DNA of 64,000 nucleotides from contig JALDZX010000019.1 in the NCBI GenBank assembly GCA_022813865.1, forward strand, positions 1 to 64,000, given 5' to 3'. The translations under genes were made by a program, and so were the position numbers. Under the pieces are notes generated by a model. The model was given only the letters and a program-made list of their open reading frames with translations. It searched no databases and had not been told where the DNA came from. Shown here one piece after another: positions 50,801 to 63,181 of the stretch. This stretch comes from Xylographa opegraphella (Eukaryota). Numbering within the stretch: the stretch's first letter is position 1; every line of letters begins with the position of its first letter.

Positions 50801-51920
50801 GAACATTAAGGAGCAAGTTTTGGAAAACAATGGTTTAAACCATCACGAACAACAAAGGCGTGAGCAAGAGCTTGCTACTCTCAAAGCACAGGAACAGTCC
50901 GCAAAGGAGCAGACTGAACGTATTGCTCGTCAACTGGAAGAGAAATTGTTACGGGAGCAACGCCAAGCCGAAGAGACAAGGCGCAAACTCCAGGATGCCC
51001 ATGAGGCTGAGCAACGTCGCATAGAGGAGCTTGAAGCAAAGGCAAAACTAGAACGAGAAGCTGAGCAAGCATTAATAGAAAAGAAGCAGCAAGAGGAAGA
51101 GGCGCATAGACGACAGCTGGAGAAAGAACGCTTGCGCAAGGAGGATATGGAACGAAGACATCTGGAACAGGAAGAGCGTGAGCGGTTGCTGAGAATCCGC
51201 AGACAGGAAGAAGAAGAGCGGCGGCGCCGTGAGAGTCTCCCTAATGCACTTCGAATGCTAGCAGAGTTTAGTTCTGAAGAGGCAAAGACACCGCTTGAAG
51301 TGCAACGGTGGCTACCGCTCTACACCGCGTTTGGTCACCAGATAATTCCTCAATGCGACCTGCAGGCACGAGAGGAGCGTTGGATCGTCAATCTCCAAGT
51401 AGCAGCTTTACTGGCAATAAATGACCTGAGCCTCTCGCAATGTGAGTAAATCCAAGCACTGCAGATAGAGGATATTGTTCTGGATTATGGTTTGCGGTCT
51501 CATTCAGGCGATACTGACGTATCTTCAGACACAGCTTGGACCAAGCGCTACATGACTGAAAACGAACGCATCAACATCTGGTGTGCCATTCGTAATAAGC
51601 TCACCCGTTATCACCCTCCACGTTCTCAGCATGATTTATTCGTAGAGGCGGACGAGGATAAAATCACTCGATCGAAATATTTTGCTCTCGAGCATGTTTT
51701 TTGGGTCCGTCTCTCCGATTTTCTCGATATAGCACCTCGCTACAAACATTTGGCAAATGTCACTCTGGAGTACCGAAGATTAGCTTTGGTAGATAGGAGA
51801 GGAGGAGATATGCGAGACCACAAATCGAATGACTCACAAATCAATGGTGGTGGCTTTAAGGTAAACGGGAACATAGCTTTGCCCCAGGTCAATAGCCAGT
51901 TGACCAATGGCTATCATTAG
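47889..51920 (+). CDS. Large ankyrin-repeat protein with a C-terminal coiled coil (Hos4-like, Set3 complex); intron 51442-51528; start uncertain
   Basis: Ankyrin repeats (AGNTPLQIASLKG, DTPLIDAC, TPMLAAIG), an E/R/Q-rich coiled coil, and FWVRLSDF in the last exon. Confidence 0.75.
48237..48291 (+). repeat. In-frame 12-nt tandem repeat (5 units) encoding HDTARDTAHDTKHDIKYD
   Basis: Repeated (C/T)RTGATA units are directly visible. Confidence 0.8.
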
Positions 51921-52321
51921 CTTCGTTGTTCATGATATTGGCATCCAATAGTATTCTCGTATATAAGTCTTAGCGTTTTTGTTGGTTATATTCCAGGAGA
52001 CAATGATACCACTGTACATGGTCTCAAGTGCTCTGACTTGCTTTATAGTAGTAACGAGCGCATCTAAATTTTTTCACCTGCTAAGACGTGCTTCAAAGCC
52101 CGGATTGCTAGTGGAAGGCTCAGATATCTATGGAAGGAAGGACTGTCCTGAAAGCCTTCTGTCACTAGCGCGAAATTATAAGCGAGCGCGCACACTAAAT
52201 CTGCCGTCTCAGCCTGGAATCCCAAACCACCTAATTAACGATCCATTACTCTTTCCAAACCACCGTACTCTTTGAGGATATCCGACATTCCACGCCTGAG
52301 AATCCAACCTAATCAGCCAAG

Positions 52322-53092
52322 ATGGTACATCGCCTTCCCACCTTCCCCCCCTTTCCCAACAATGCCCATTCTCATCCATGACCATTCACTAACACCACTC
52401 CCCACAGTCGGACGGAGAAGAGCCCACTTCCCCCGTGGCCGCGGCCGACGAGGTCGAAGTATCCGCCGACGCCACCGCCTCGAAGGGGCAGATGTCGACG
52501 CTCGAAGCTCTCAAGGGCGTGCTCAAGCTCGCGCTCATCCACGACGGCCTGGCGCGCGGCCTGCGCGAAGCGAGCAAGGCGCTCGATCGCCGCCAGGCAC
52601 ACATGTGTGTGCTGAACGAGGCGTGCGAGGAGGAGGCCTACAAGAAGCTCGTCGTGGCGCTGTGCAGCGAGCACAAGATCCCGCTGATCAAGGTTCCGGA
52701 TGGGAAGCAGCTAGGGGAGTGGGCGGGTTTGTGTGAGTGCTTTTGCTGTTTCATTTTGTTCTTCTGTGGGGAGGGGTGCATCGGTGGGTCTGGGTCGGTT
52801 GGGAATGTAGGATGAGAGAGGAGTGTATGGGCCGGGCCTTGTGATTCGAAGACGATAAGAGCTGTGGGATTCTGCACAAATTGGGGCTTGAGGCAATTAC
52901 GATAAACGACGCTCTACAACGTGTCATGCTCTTGTATGAGTCGTACTGACTTTTGTTTCCTGCGTAGGTGTGCTCGACCGCGAAGGCAACGCCCGCAAAG
53001 TCGTCAACTGCTCGTGCGTCGTCGTCCGCGACTGGGGTGAGGAGAGTCAGGAGCGCTCCATCCTCCTCAACTACTTCCAGACCGAGCAGTAA
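52322..53092 (+). CDS. RPS12: 40S ribosomal protein S12 (eS12); exons 52322-52324, 52408-52732, 52968-53092
   Basis: [28 protein letters not shown] and [31 protein letters not shown]. Confidence 0.96.
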
Positions 53093-53615
53093 AGGGCTTC
53101 TGTTGGATAAGGCAAGAACCAGTAGATGGGACAGGTTGCATAGATCTCAAACCACACGCCTGCACTTTGAACAAAGGCTGCACATGATTGGGATTGAGTC
53201 GGGATGAGTACCGCATGGTTCTGGCTGGCTACTTGAGAAGTTGAGAGATAGACTTGGCTCAATGGGCTATGTAATATACCATATGAAAAAGCATATGAGC
53301 GGCATTTTTCAACAGTATTGCGTCTGGATTGTCAAGTGATGGTCTTGATGAAAAACCTCTGCATATGCGGTTTGTACAGGATATGTCCCATGTCTGAGAG
53401 GCCCAGCCGCCAATATATCTCCTATGTGCATCACGCCACGCCACGACCCCACGCGGAGGCCCCAAAAAGCGCACTCTAAATTCCCTTACATTGTAAGTGC
53501 CCTCCAATTTCATGCATTATGCCGATCCTCATCGCCAGACGCCATGCTCCCCAAATACCGGCCAAGAGATCGTTTTCAACGCCCAAAAATATGCCTTCCC
53601 TCGTCTTCAGCATCG

Positions 53616-55561
53616 TTACCGGAATTCGTACGCGGGAAACATCCGCTTCTCCGGCATGAGCGACAGATATTGGTACGGCGTCGACTTCGGGTCGTAGTAC
53701 AAGCCCTCGACATGACCGTCCGACCGGCGCAGCGAGACGTAGTAGAAGCCCGAAATCGTGAGACCGGAGTCCTCGTCCGACGGCGTGACGAAGCACTTCT
53801 CTGCGTGCGGAGTCAGTCAGCAAAACGCAGAACGATGTACAGCTTTTTTTTTTCTGGGTAGGGAGAGGAGCTGACCTTTCCACCGCATCAGGATCCACTT
53901 CTGCCCGAGCTCCTCGCGGAGCCACTTGATGCTCACGAGGTTGGTGACGATTTCCTTGTCCGTCAGGGTCTTGAAGGGCTCGAGTTTGCGCCAGTATGTG
54001 CTGTCGACGCTGGCGTCCGCGGTGAAGCTTTTGGTCTCTAGGGTGTACCGGTTGAAGTCGATGATTTCGCCTTCGAGAAAGGTGGTGATGCTGTTTTCTG
54101 GTGGGAAAGTCTGCTTGCGCGGCACGTTGAAGGCTTCCATTGTGCCGGACAGGGTCATGGTGGAGTAATCGATGCTGTTTATAGTGACTTTGACTGGCCA
54201 TGTATCGTCGGTGCCCTCCATGGGGTTGTCATCGCTGGGTCTGACGGTTTCTGTATTCAGATCAGCGCCTGTTATCGAGGGTTCGTTGATGTCCAACGGC
54301 CACGGTGTAATACCTTGTCTCCGCGAACGTCGGTTCGTTACCTGATAAGAGGACAGCGCGGTTCCAGCCGAGTGCTGAGAGCCGGAGAAGACCCCGCCGA
54401 CCTTCAGCCAAGAGCTTTCGGGTGGTGGACTTATGGTGGCCGTATCGAGGATAAAGTCGTCGTAATTGTTAGTAAGATATTCGCCTCGCAGGAAGCCGCC
54501 TTCCACGGCTGAAGATATCCTTTCCGAGTAAGTATCACAGAATCGCAGGCGCTCTAGATACTTGATGGTTTCTTCCAGCCATCGAGATACGGTTGGGTGG
54601 TTTTGGATTGCGATGTTCAGTCGAGCTCTTTGCATTGCAACCATTTGGGCGTTGGCATCATGTTCGGGCGCCAGATCCTGTGGAGCACCAGCCGGTACGG
54701 TTGGATGGCGGCGATGCAATGTTGAAGACTGCGATTCCCTCTCCTCGTTGGCCTGGCCCGTTCTCTCCCGTTCGAGGATGTAGCTCTCAAGCTGATTCCG
54801 CGAGCGCGTAGAAAATCTTGCATGTCGCCGTACGGATTGAAGAAGTGCAGTAGTGCGAAGGGAGGACTCCGTTGCCGCAGGCTCTCCGGAGCCGTCCTCT
54901 CCAAAATGCGACTGCTCCAAGTCGGCGGAGGCGATTGAGATGTAGGGACGCCTATGCTGTGGTAGTTCAGCATTCGCAGTCTCCTCTTCGATTCGCCTTG
55001 CAGCGATGTCTTGGTTCAGTAGTCTCTGCTGCTGTAACAGTATCCTCATTTGCGTACTGTGATTTGATTGTGTGTCGTCAACATCATTGTCTGATGTGCC
55101 CGGGGCCCAACCCTGGTAACCTACAGAGTTCTGGGAAAGTGCTGTCGGCACTCCTTGCGAAGAGCCTAGTGATTGGTCGAGTTCATGCAGTTGTGAGGGC
55201 GTGTAACGTCTATGTTGCAGCACTGCCCTCCGCATTCTGCGCTGGCTGTCTCTTTCAGCGTTGTCGAAGTCTGCAGAACTCAGGTACGGCGACCTTCGGC
55301 GACCCGGCGGTTCAAACGGTCCGCTGTTGAAAGACGAAATGGGTGTTCTTAGGAAATTTACGTTATCGTCGTTGGCTTCTTGTTCTGTTTGAGTGATGAG
55401 GGTTGCTGCGAAATCAGGCACCGGACTTGCAAGTTGGGCCAGCTGTTCAAGGTAGGGACTCGTACTTGTAGCCTCGGCTTGGGTTCCCTGAGAGACTTTG
55501 TCAGTCATGAAATGTATTTCGGAAAGGGCGCAAAGACCATCGGATAGTTTCTTGGAGGCAT
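53616..55561 (-). CDS. Gid4/Vid24-family GID E3 ligase substrate receptor; probable first exon 55561-55538 (MPPRNYPM)
   Basis: FSGSQ, WPVKVTI, GTMEAFNVP, TFLEGEIIDF, ILMRWKEKCF, TISGFYY and EGLYYDP..PYQ.L.L. Confidence 0.87.
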
Positions 55562-56157
55562 CGCAAGAAATCTGTTCCTGATATCCTTAGACTTCTTAAT
55601 ACAAAAACTACAACATGATCGAGAGTAACCGACGCCAAGCACGAAGAGGGAATTGGGCGACTATCGTGTTATTGTTCAGGGTGTTAAAGGCGCAGGTTGG
55701 ATTGACTCGCATTTGCGGGCATGTGCGCTGGTGGAGAAATGAGGTCAGAAGGGACGAGGCTCCCGACCACGATGTGTCTGAATGCGGATGTGACCCAACG
55801 GAACAATGCAAAGCAACGTCCATTGAAAACCTTTCACTTCAAACTTTCGCCTGTTTTGTGGGTCTGCGCTGTGGGATAAGTATTCAAATATTTTAGTTAG
55901 GGAGATGTATGGCAGCATATTTGCGGTATTTCAATACTATTCTTCAAGGTATTTACAGAACTAACAGAAGGACCCATATGGTGCTTGATCACAGCAACTT
56001 ATAGGACAAATACAACAATGACAGAGAGCGCAGAAACATAGCGCATCCCACATTCCAGTCAGAAGCCTCATAAGCGCTCAAAATGGTGTACATGTAAATC
56101 GCCAGACGCCTTAGCCATGCTTTCTTGAACTTCATCTATAGTCGTTTCTGGTGCTCA

Positions 56158-57217
56158 TTATCTGTAATCCCTATAGCCTGAGTCATGCCCTGCGTCATAT
56201 GTACCAAGTTCTTGCGGCTCAGTCGTATCCTGTGGTAACTCGTGTATGGGCTGCGGAACTGGAGTGTATCCAGCTACCCCTTGCTTCTCAAAGATCTTCG
56301 CATGCTGATGGTATGCCGATTGCTGCTCACCATAGCCTGCTGCCATTGCGGGAGGCATACCGGGATTTCCATATCCACCGCTTCCCGCTCCCTGCTGAAT
56401 ACCTGGGGTTTCCGAATCTCCTTTTGCTGCTCGCGAATGGCGCCAGCTCGACCAGATAGCGAATACAGCCAGACCAACCAGAAGCAAGACACCTAATGGA
56501 ACACCAACACCGATACCGATCTTTGCGCTTTGACTGAGGCCCGAAGAAGCATTGGTTACTTCAGCTGTTGATGACGCCCCTACAGCGCCAACAGTACTTG
56601 TCAACGAAGCACTATCGGTGGGTATAACGGACGAAGCGGTGGTAGGCGAAGGTTTGATAGCCTTTGTGATGATGACTGTGGTTGCGCCGCCTGTAGATTT
56701 GGAAGCTTGCAGTGTTGGGCTCGGTGTGACAGTGACCGTGGCAGCCGCTGTTGCTGTACTTTCCGCGTTCACTGGGTTATCGACCCGAAAGAGCGCACTG
56801 TAGTAGTGTTGGGAGTTGTCATCTTCATTCTCGAAGTAAAGATAGTAGTACGGTTGAGAGGAACCGCTGTTGTTGACGTTCACCGCCCAATTCAAACTGC
56901 TGCCAGTATTGTTTTCTGGAGACCGTTACTTAGCATTGTCTTGCGCCACACGCTCACTACTTCATAAAGCTATCCCGGAACCGAGCATAGGAGGTTCACT
57001 TACGACTAAAGAACTGGAAGACTGGCCCATCCTCGGCGATAAAGGCAAGCTTAATTGCAGTGAAAGGACTGTTCCATTTGATGTCGATCACCTGTCCCAG
57101 CTCCAGCACGATATTCTGGTCTGATGGCTTTGTCGCATTTGGATAGACGAAGCCGTAATTGTCTCCTGCCACCAGGACGCTGCATACGAAGAGCAGAATA
57201 AACGAATAGAGTAACAT
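56158..57217 (-). CDS. Single-pass membrane protein with a signal peptide and Ser/Thr-rich stalk (Mid2/Wsc-like); intron 57003-56916
   Basis: Hydrophobic N-terminus, S/T-rich region, GLSQSAKIGIGVGVPLGV TM motif and a cytosolic HELP/QEL motif. Confidence 0.8.
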
Positions 57218-58793
57218 ATTGACCGCAATGAGTGACCAAAGCTTGACTCGACGAAGTCTCAGGCAAAATGAGGGCCCGTAAAGGAGGCGCGCGTTATCGA
57301 TGGTCGATTATATGCAGGAACCGATTGTGGACACGGCCGCACTGGATGAAGATGCCAGGCTCAAGATAACATGTTGTGAAGGCCGCAGAGAACATTCTCT
57401 CGTTAGGGCAAGGGACTCAGCCATCTTCAAATGCACCTCCGTCTTCGACTGGACTGGGTTGCAATTGCTTTTGATGAGCTAGTGAGCGATTGGACCCAAG
57501 TTCGGCGACCATTTGCCAATATTACCGTCCTATCAACGCGCTGCAGAAGGACCATCGACAGTCTATGCAAGGATCTTTAGCACTGTCCGTGGTTGATGAT
57601 GGGGCTCCTAATGTTTCGTATCTTTTAGCGCGACTCTCAGCCCGCCTTGGGGCGGTTGGCCGCCAGCTCAATAATGTGCAGAAACCGCCACGACAAGAAT
57701 AGCCGGTGCGTCATCCCATACCAACTCTTTGACAGGCGCGTGCTTCAGGCTTGAAATCGCCCGTTATCATAGAAATAAAGTCGGGTTTGCAGGAAGGACC
57801 AGAGAGGATACTATGTAAGGTAGGTAGGCATCAGATACGGGCTAGTGGGCTTGATAGCGTGGCTTGACCCCTGAAAGGCTGCTAGTAGGGTTCCCCCCAT
57901 TCTTCCACGGAAGCATTATGCCGGTTCGCGTTCAACCACCACAAAGTACCTAATCTCGTGCTGCAGCATATCCCCAAGCGGCGAAAGTCGAATTACTCCG
58001 TAGGGTGACTGTGCTTGCGATAAGACCTGGAGTGTGTGTTAGATGGTTGTTATCCCTCCAGACTAGATTAAGAGTGGCATGGCTGGACTACGTGGGTCAC
58101 ATGCCAAGCGGAGACTGCAGGGAGACAAAGGAAACTCGGTGGTGAGCAAATGCGAAGTTGTTATCAATTGCGACGAAGACAACACATAAGTCAAAGTAGC
58201 GGTGGCTGCTATGTATGCTAAGTCAAGAAGTAGCTATCTGTCTATTTGACTCATGTTGGAGGACTTAAGGAGCAGAGGTACGATTTGGAGCCTGGAGGAA
58301 GAGTTCATCAGTCAACTCAAGCTCAAAGTGGTTTCAATCCGAGCGGTCTGGTAAATGCGTGTGCAAGTCCATGAATATTGGCTAAGGATCGAGGAGTCTT
58401 CTGCCCGGAGGTTCAAATAAATTCGTATCGTGGCCGTCCTGAGTAAACCTTTAACAGAATACTAGTCCGAACAGACCGCTGCGATTAGGGGTTATGCTTC
58501 TTGGATTTGTGTGGTGGAAAGTCCTTTCAGCATCGCAGCCTTTTCGTCTGAGGCGTTATGATTTTCTAGTGAAATATGGACTCATGCATGCTCGGCAGTG
58601 TGAAGACGTCCGGAGATGACAAACATGTATTCGGTAATCCCCATTTTCAATGGGAACCAATTGCTCAATAGGAGCTCTGGCAAGATGCTGGGTATCTTTA
58701 GTTGCCCACCGGTAACTCCTAGTCAGACTGCAATGCCAGTCCATGATCTTGAGTGTGGCAGAAAATGGAAAGAAACGCCAGTTTTGAATCTGT

Positions 58794-59666
58794 TCATTCT
58801 TCGAAGAAACCTCCATCGCTAGCACCATCATCGTTATTGTCCGTGAGAGCCTCTCCCACTGACTGCGTCTTGCCGAGACGATTAACGTCAAGTATATGCT
58901 TCGCTTCAGCACCCTGTGCTGCTGCCTTGCGAGGGATAGCCAGTTGCGATTTTGTGTTCACGGAGACAACTCTATCCCCATTTCCATCTCTAAGCGCTTC
59001 CAAAGTGCTCTCCCTCATAGCTCTCTCGATCAAGGGCCAAAGTGGGGGTTTCCGGCCTTCCAGTCTTCGCTTATCTGTTTCGTCAACTCTAGCAGTCTGT
59101 CCATCATCTTCAACCCTGTGTGGCTCTACCCGAGGATAGAGGCTCTGGTATTTCTCTGCCAAGGGATAGTACATTGTATAATTCAAATCCACCTCCGCTC
59201 GGTGCACAGCACTTTGAAGCGTTTTTCGCTCCGAGCTTTCATCCGCAACGGTGTCTAGCTGACTCTGAAGCCTCTTCAATTGCCTTGACGCTTTTTGCCT
59301 TTCTAGACATTCATAAGTGACCGAAATCCCACAGGTCCCAAGCCAGTACGTACCAAAGAACCGAACCATATGATACCGCTTGATCATATCTGACCTCCGT
59401 CTCTCGCCCTGGGCGCTTTCGAGGTCCACGCGGTAACCCGCGAGGGCACGCTCTTTTTCTATTCGTACATCCGCTGGTAAGTCTTTGGAGTGATCCAGTA
59501 GACGGGTCAAATCGCGAATCTTGCTCTTCAAGTTATTAGCAGATTTGTGACTGGAGTGTATGGCATTGTCGTAAGGACTGCTTTTGTGTCGCTTGTTTGA
59601 ATGGCCGCTGATATGTGGTTTTCTTGAGGGATGTGTAGCGTCACCGGATGGGCGTTTTGTGCCCAT
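58794..59666 (-). CDS. EFG1: rRNA-processing protein Efg1; 51-nt in-frame intron 59353-59303
   Basis: LKSKIRDLTRLL, LPADVRIEKERAL, RYHMVRFF-ERQKA and VDLNYTMYYPL.EKY.SLYP. Confidence 0.9.
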   Translation of the reverse strand: MGTKRPSGDATHPSRKPHISGHSNKRHKSSPYDNAIHSSHKSANNLKSKIRDLTRLLDHSKDLPADVRIEKERALAGYRVDLESAQGERRRSDMIKRYHMVRFFGTYWLGTCGISVTYECLERQKASRQLKRLQSQLDTVADESSERKTLQSAVHRAEVDLNYTMYYPLAEKYQSLYPRVEPHRVEDDGQTARVDETDKRRLEGRKPPLWPLIERAMRESTLEALRDGNGDRVVSVNTKSQLAIPRKAAAQGAEAKHILDVNRLGKTQSVGEALTDNNDDGASDGGFFEE

Positions 59667-59931
59667 TACTGGGTATGGCAAAAATCACTGGAGGCAGGGT
59701 ACTTAATTATTAGTATACAATGTGAACAGTTCATACCACTACTTCTTTAATAAAGTCAACCATTCTACCTGAGAACCATATCTCGGAATATACAATATAG
59801 TGCATAGGGCTGAGCATCGCTAGCACGGTCACACAATCCGATACGTAATTGACGCGCGCTTACACGCATTATATTTCTCCCCTACCCGTACAGCCGCATC
59901 ACCTCACAATCCCGGCCAAGATCGGCCCGCG

Positions 59932-62900
59932 ATGGATGTCCTTTCTGTGAATCATAATCCTGATGATGGAGGAGAACTAGATCCGTCCGCGGAGACTTTG
60001 ATACAGGCAGGCAACGATTCCGGTAATGGAAAATATGCTGAAGCGTGGGAATCGAGAGGTAAGCCGCAATGAGGATACCTTCTTTTCCTTCTTAATCGGC
60101 ATGCACAGGTTCCGAAATGGAAGTAGCAATCCGCTGGTCTTCTCTATCAATACCCACTGAGGCTCGATTTTTGATTGCCGATGTTGTAGGACGTACCTTC
60201 AAGCTATGTCATATCACAACTTACGAGAATTCGAACCTCCAGTGGGAAGAAGTATCCAGAATCAGTAAAGTTCCAGCCTTTCGCACCTTTGATTGGTCTT
60301 CCAGAAATGATGTTGTTGCGGTTGGTCAGTGGTCCGGCGAGACGGCCGTACTTGCTCTCGAAACAGGGAAGCAGGTTCTCTCGTTACCCATCAAGTCGCA
60401 GCGTCAGTGTAATGCAGTGGCTTTCAATAGTGAAAGTCTTCTTGCGACAGGTCTAGAGCGTGTCCGAAACGACTTTTGTCTGAATATCTATGATATAAAT
60501 CAACGTGTGCCAGCACAGTCGCTTCAAAGCTCAACCTCCAACATCAAACAAACAGTAGACCCGATCCGTAAGCTCGCGACATCGGAGGGAATCACGAGCA
60601 TTAAATATTTCGGACAACAGCCCAGAACACTGGTTGCTGGTGTGAAGGGCTCCTGCGTCCGTATATATGATCTTCGAGAGGACTCCATCAATCCATCACT
60701 GCAGTACCAGACAACATGCGTGCATAACCTCGCTATCGATCCCACGGATGAGAACTACTTTGCATCCGCTGCACCCCCAAAGGAGACAATGGTGATGATA
60801 TGGGACCGCCGTTCAACACGACGGCCGGCCTCGACGAGGTCAAGTACAGCGGGTGCACAAGACGGGCCGGCCCTGGAGCTCAAGAAGCCAGTCGAAGATG
60901 GTGATGGCAATGCCAATACCAATATCTGGCGCTTGCAATACTCGAGTACGGAGTCAGGCTGCCTGGGTATCCTTGCGAGCAGCGGCAACTTCCGGCTATA
61001 CCATACGAAGAAGGCGTACATCGAGGAGGACGAATCGCAAGCAAAGGACTCTAGTGGTCAAACTCGCCCAGTCTACGCGCAAGATCTGTATGTTAGCCAT
61101 GTTGATAGCGTGGAACGTTCGTATCAGCGACAACGCCTTGGAGGTAGGGACCATGATCGTGAAGAGCTCGACCGTGTCGTGTCGTTCGACTTTGCCAATG
61201 TCTATGCGCCTGGGCAGCGGCCTTGCGCTATCACACTCCGTGGTAATGGAGACATAGGCCTTCACGAACTCAAAGGGCTTCGCCCTGCACTCGCCATTTC
61301 GGCCCGAAGTGCTATTGCTATTGCTATTTCGAAACCAGCACAGATTGCCAGTTCTGTTGATAATGGTGAGCTAGCCTCTGCTCTCATGCTCAGGGAAGCC
61401 AGTCAATATGGGAGTATCGCCGAAGATCTGATGCAGGTGAAGGAGAAAGCTCGTAGGAGTGAAAACATTTGTGAGTCCTCGATGAATCCTACAACCTCAC
61501 TCCAAACCTGATATTTGTGCATTGGAGAGAGCCTTTATGTAAGGCGAACTTGCTGACAGTGAACAAATGCCAGCCGGGTCACAAAGCCTGGCTATACATG
61601 ATGCCCTTGTGCTGGGAGATGTTGCGCGGCGTCGTTGTATCGAAGGGTATCTGTTCGACTGTGAGAAGAATGCAATGATAGTCAAAGACGATTTGCAGCT
61701 ACAGGAGATGTGGAACTGGATCAAAGGTGAAACTTACCTGAACAAATCTGTTTCTTATTACTGACTCCATTACCCAGTGGCACAAAGCAGGGCCCGTGAT
61801 GGTAACATGGTCGCCGATGATGTAGACTTTAGCTATCTCGGGGTGAATGCGGTTTGGACCGAGGATTTAGGTAGGTAGGGCAACTCCTTAGGATTCTTTG
61901 CTCACTGTACTAGCTCCCCAGGATACCCGAATTCTATCAAAAACTCCACATAATGGCTCAATAGCTAACGCAATCTCCTCACTTGCCAAGGCTCTCGGAC
62001 TACAAGACACTGGGTTACCAGAAACAGCCAAGCCAGAACATCGCCTTATATGTCTTTACACCCTTGGTTTCAATGGGAAGACCGGCAAACTCTTCAGCTC
62101 AGTCAACAACCTCGCAGAAAACGGTGATAATGCTCAAGCTTGTCTACTGTCCCTGATGTACAGCAACTCCGACCTCGCGCTCAAGGCTCTACAATCAGGT
62201 CCTCGTAGAGATGAAACCATTCACAAAGGTCTCGCAATGGCAATCACCGCTTTCTCACTCATTGAAGAGGCCAGGCTGCAAGGAGAGCGCCGAAAGCTAG
62301 CTTTGTCTCGCATTCAGGATTCAGTCAGCACCACCAATGAACCGTATGCCCAAGCCATCACATCTTATGTAACAGCAGGCGATTGGAAAACGGTTCTGCA
62401 AATTCCCTTTGTACCTCTCCGCTACCGCCTCGCTATCGCCCTCCGCACGCTATCAGACGCCTTCCTTTCCACTTTCCTCGCTCATGAAACCTCCCAAGCC
62501 ATTCTCCTCGGCGGCCCACAAGCTTTACCACTGACAGGGCTCACCACTCCCACACTTTCCTTGTTCCAGTCTTACCTTAATCGCACTAGCGACCTTCAAT
62601 CCGCCGTCCTCGCCATGTCGTTTGCCGCTCCACGTTTCGTCCGCGATCTCCGCTTCGACGTTTGGCGCGCCGCCTACCGAAAGCAGCTCAACACTTGGAA
62701 ATTGTTCATCGAGCGCACCTACTTCGACACCCAGTCCACTAAGCTGTCCGTCACCTGGGATGGGACCAAGATGTTGCAGCCCAGCCCCGCACAAGTAACC
62801 CTTCGCTGCGGTAAGTGCGGCGATGCTCTGCATCGTGATGCGCCGCCGACAGAACTTTCGGCTTCTGTGGCTAGTGGAACCGTGGGCCACCATACAGGCA

Positions 62901-63181
62901 GTATATTCGGAGACGCCCGGTCTGGGACCGTGTGTCCAAAATGCTACGCTCATCTACCGCGCTGCGCTATCTGCGATTTGTGGCTTGGAGTGCCAGATCC
63001 AAGGTCCAGGGGAGCGCTCACGGCAAATAGGGATCCGTTCGCGGAGGCGCTAGAAGTTTGTCTGCGTTGTAGCCATATGTACCATCGCGGACATGCTGAA
63101 GAGTGGTTTCGTGGACATGAGGAGTGTCCGGTGCCTGATTGCGAGTGTAAATGTAACGACCTGGATCATGCAGGGAGGTAG
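59932..63181 (+). CDS. SEA4: SEA/GATOR2 subunit Sea4 (Mios): WD40 plus C-terminal RING; core starts at ATG 60117
   Basis: WD40 N-terminus (RQCNAVAF, LATGLERVRNDFCLNIYD), YLNRTSDLQSA, LPRCAIC and CSHMYHRGHAEEWF..HEECPVPDCECKC. Confidence 0.9.

Noticed and set aside
57300..58790. Short ORFs and splice-like motifs in the intergenic region
   Set aside because: No coherent gene model; probably promoter and UTR sequence.
1879..63053. Numerous antisense or overlapping ORFs in the six-frame track
   Set aside because: They are shadows of conserved genes on the other strand or frame.
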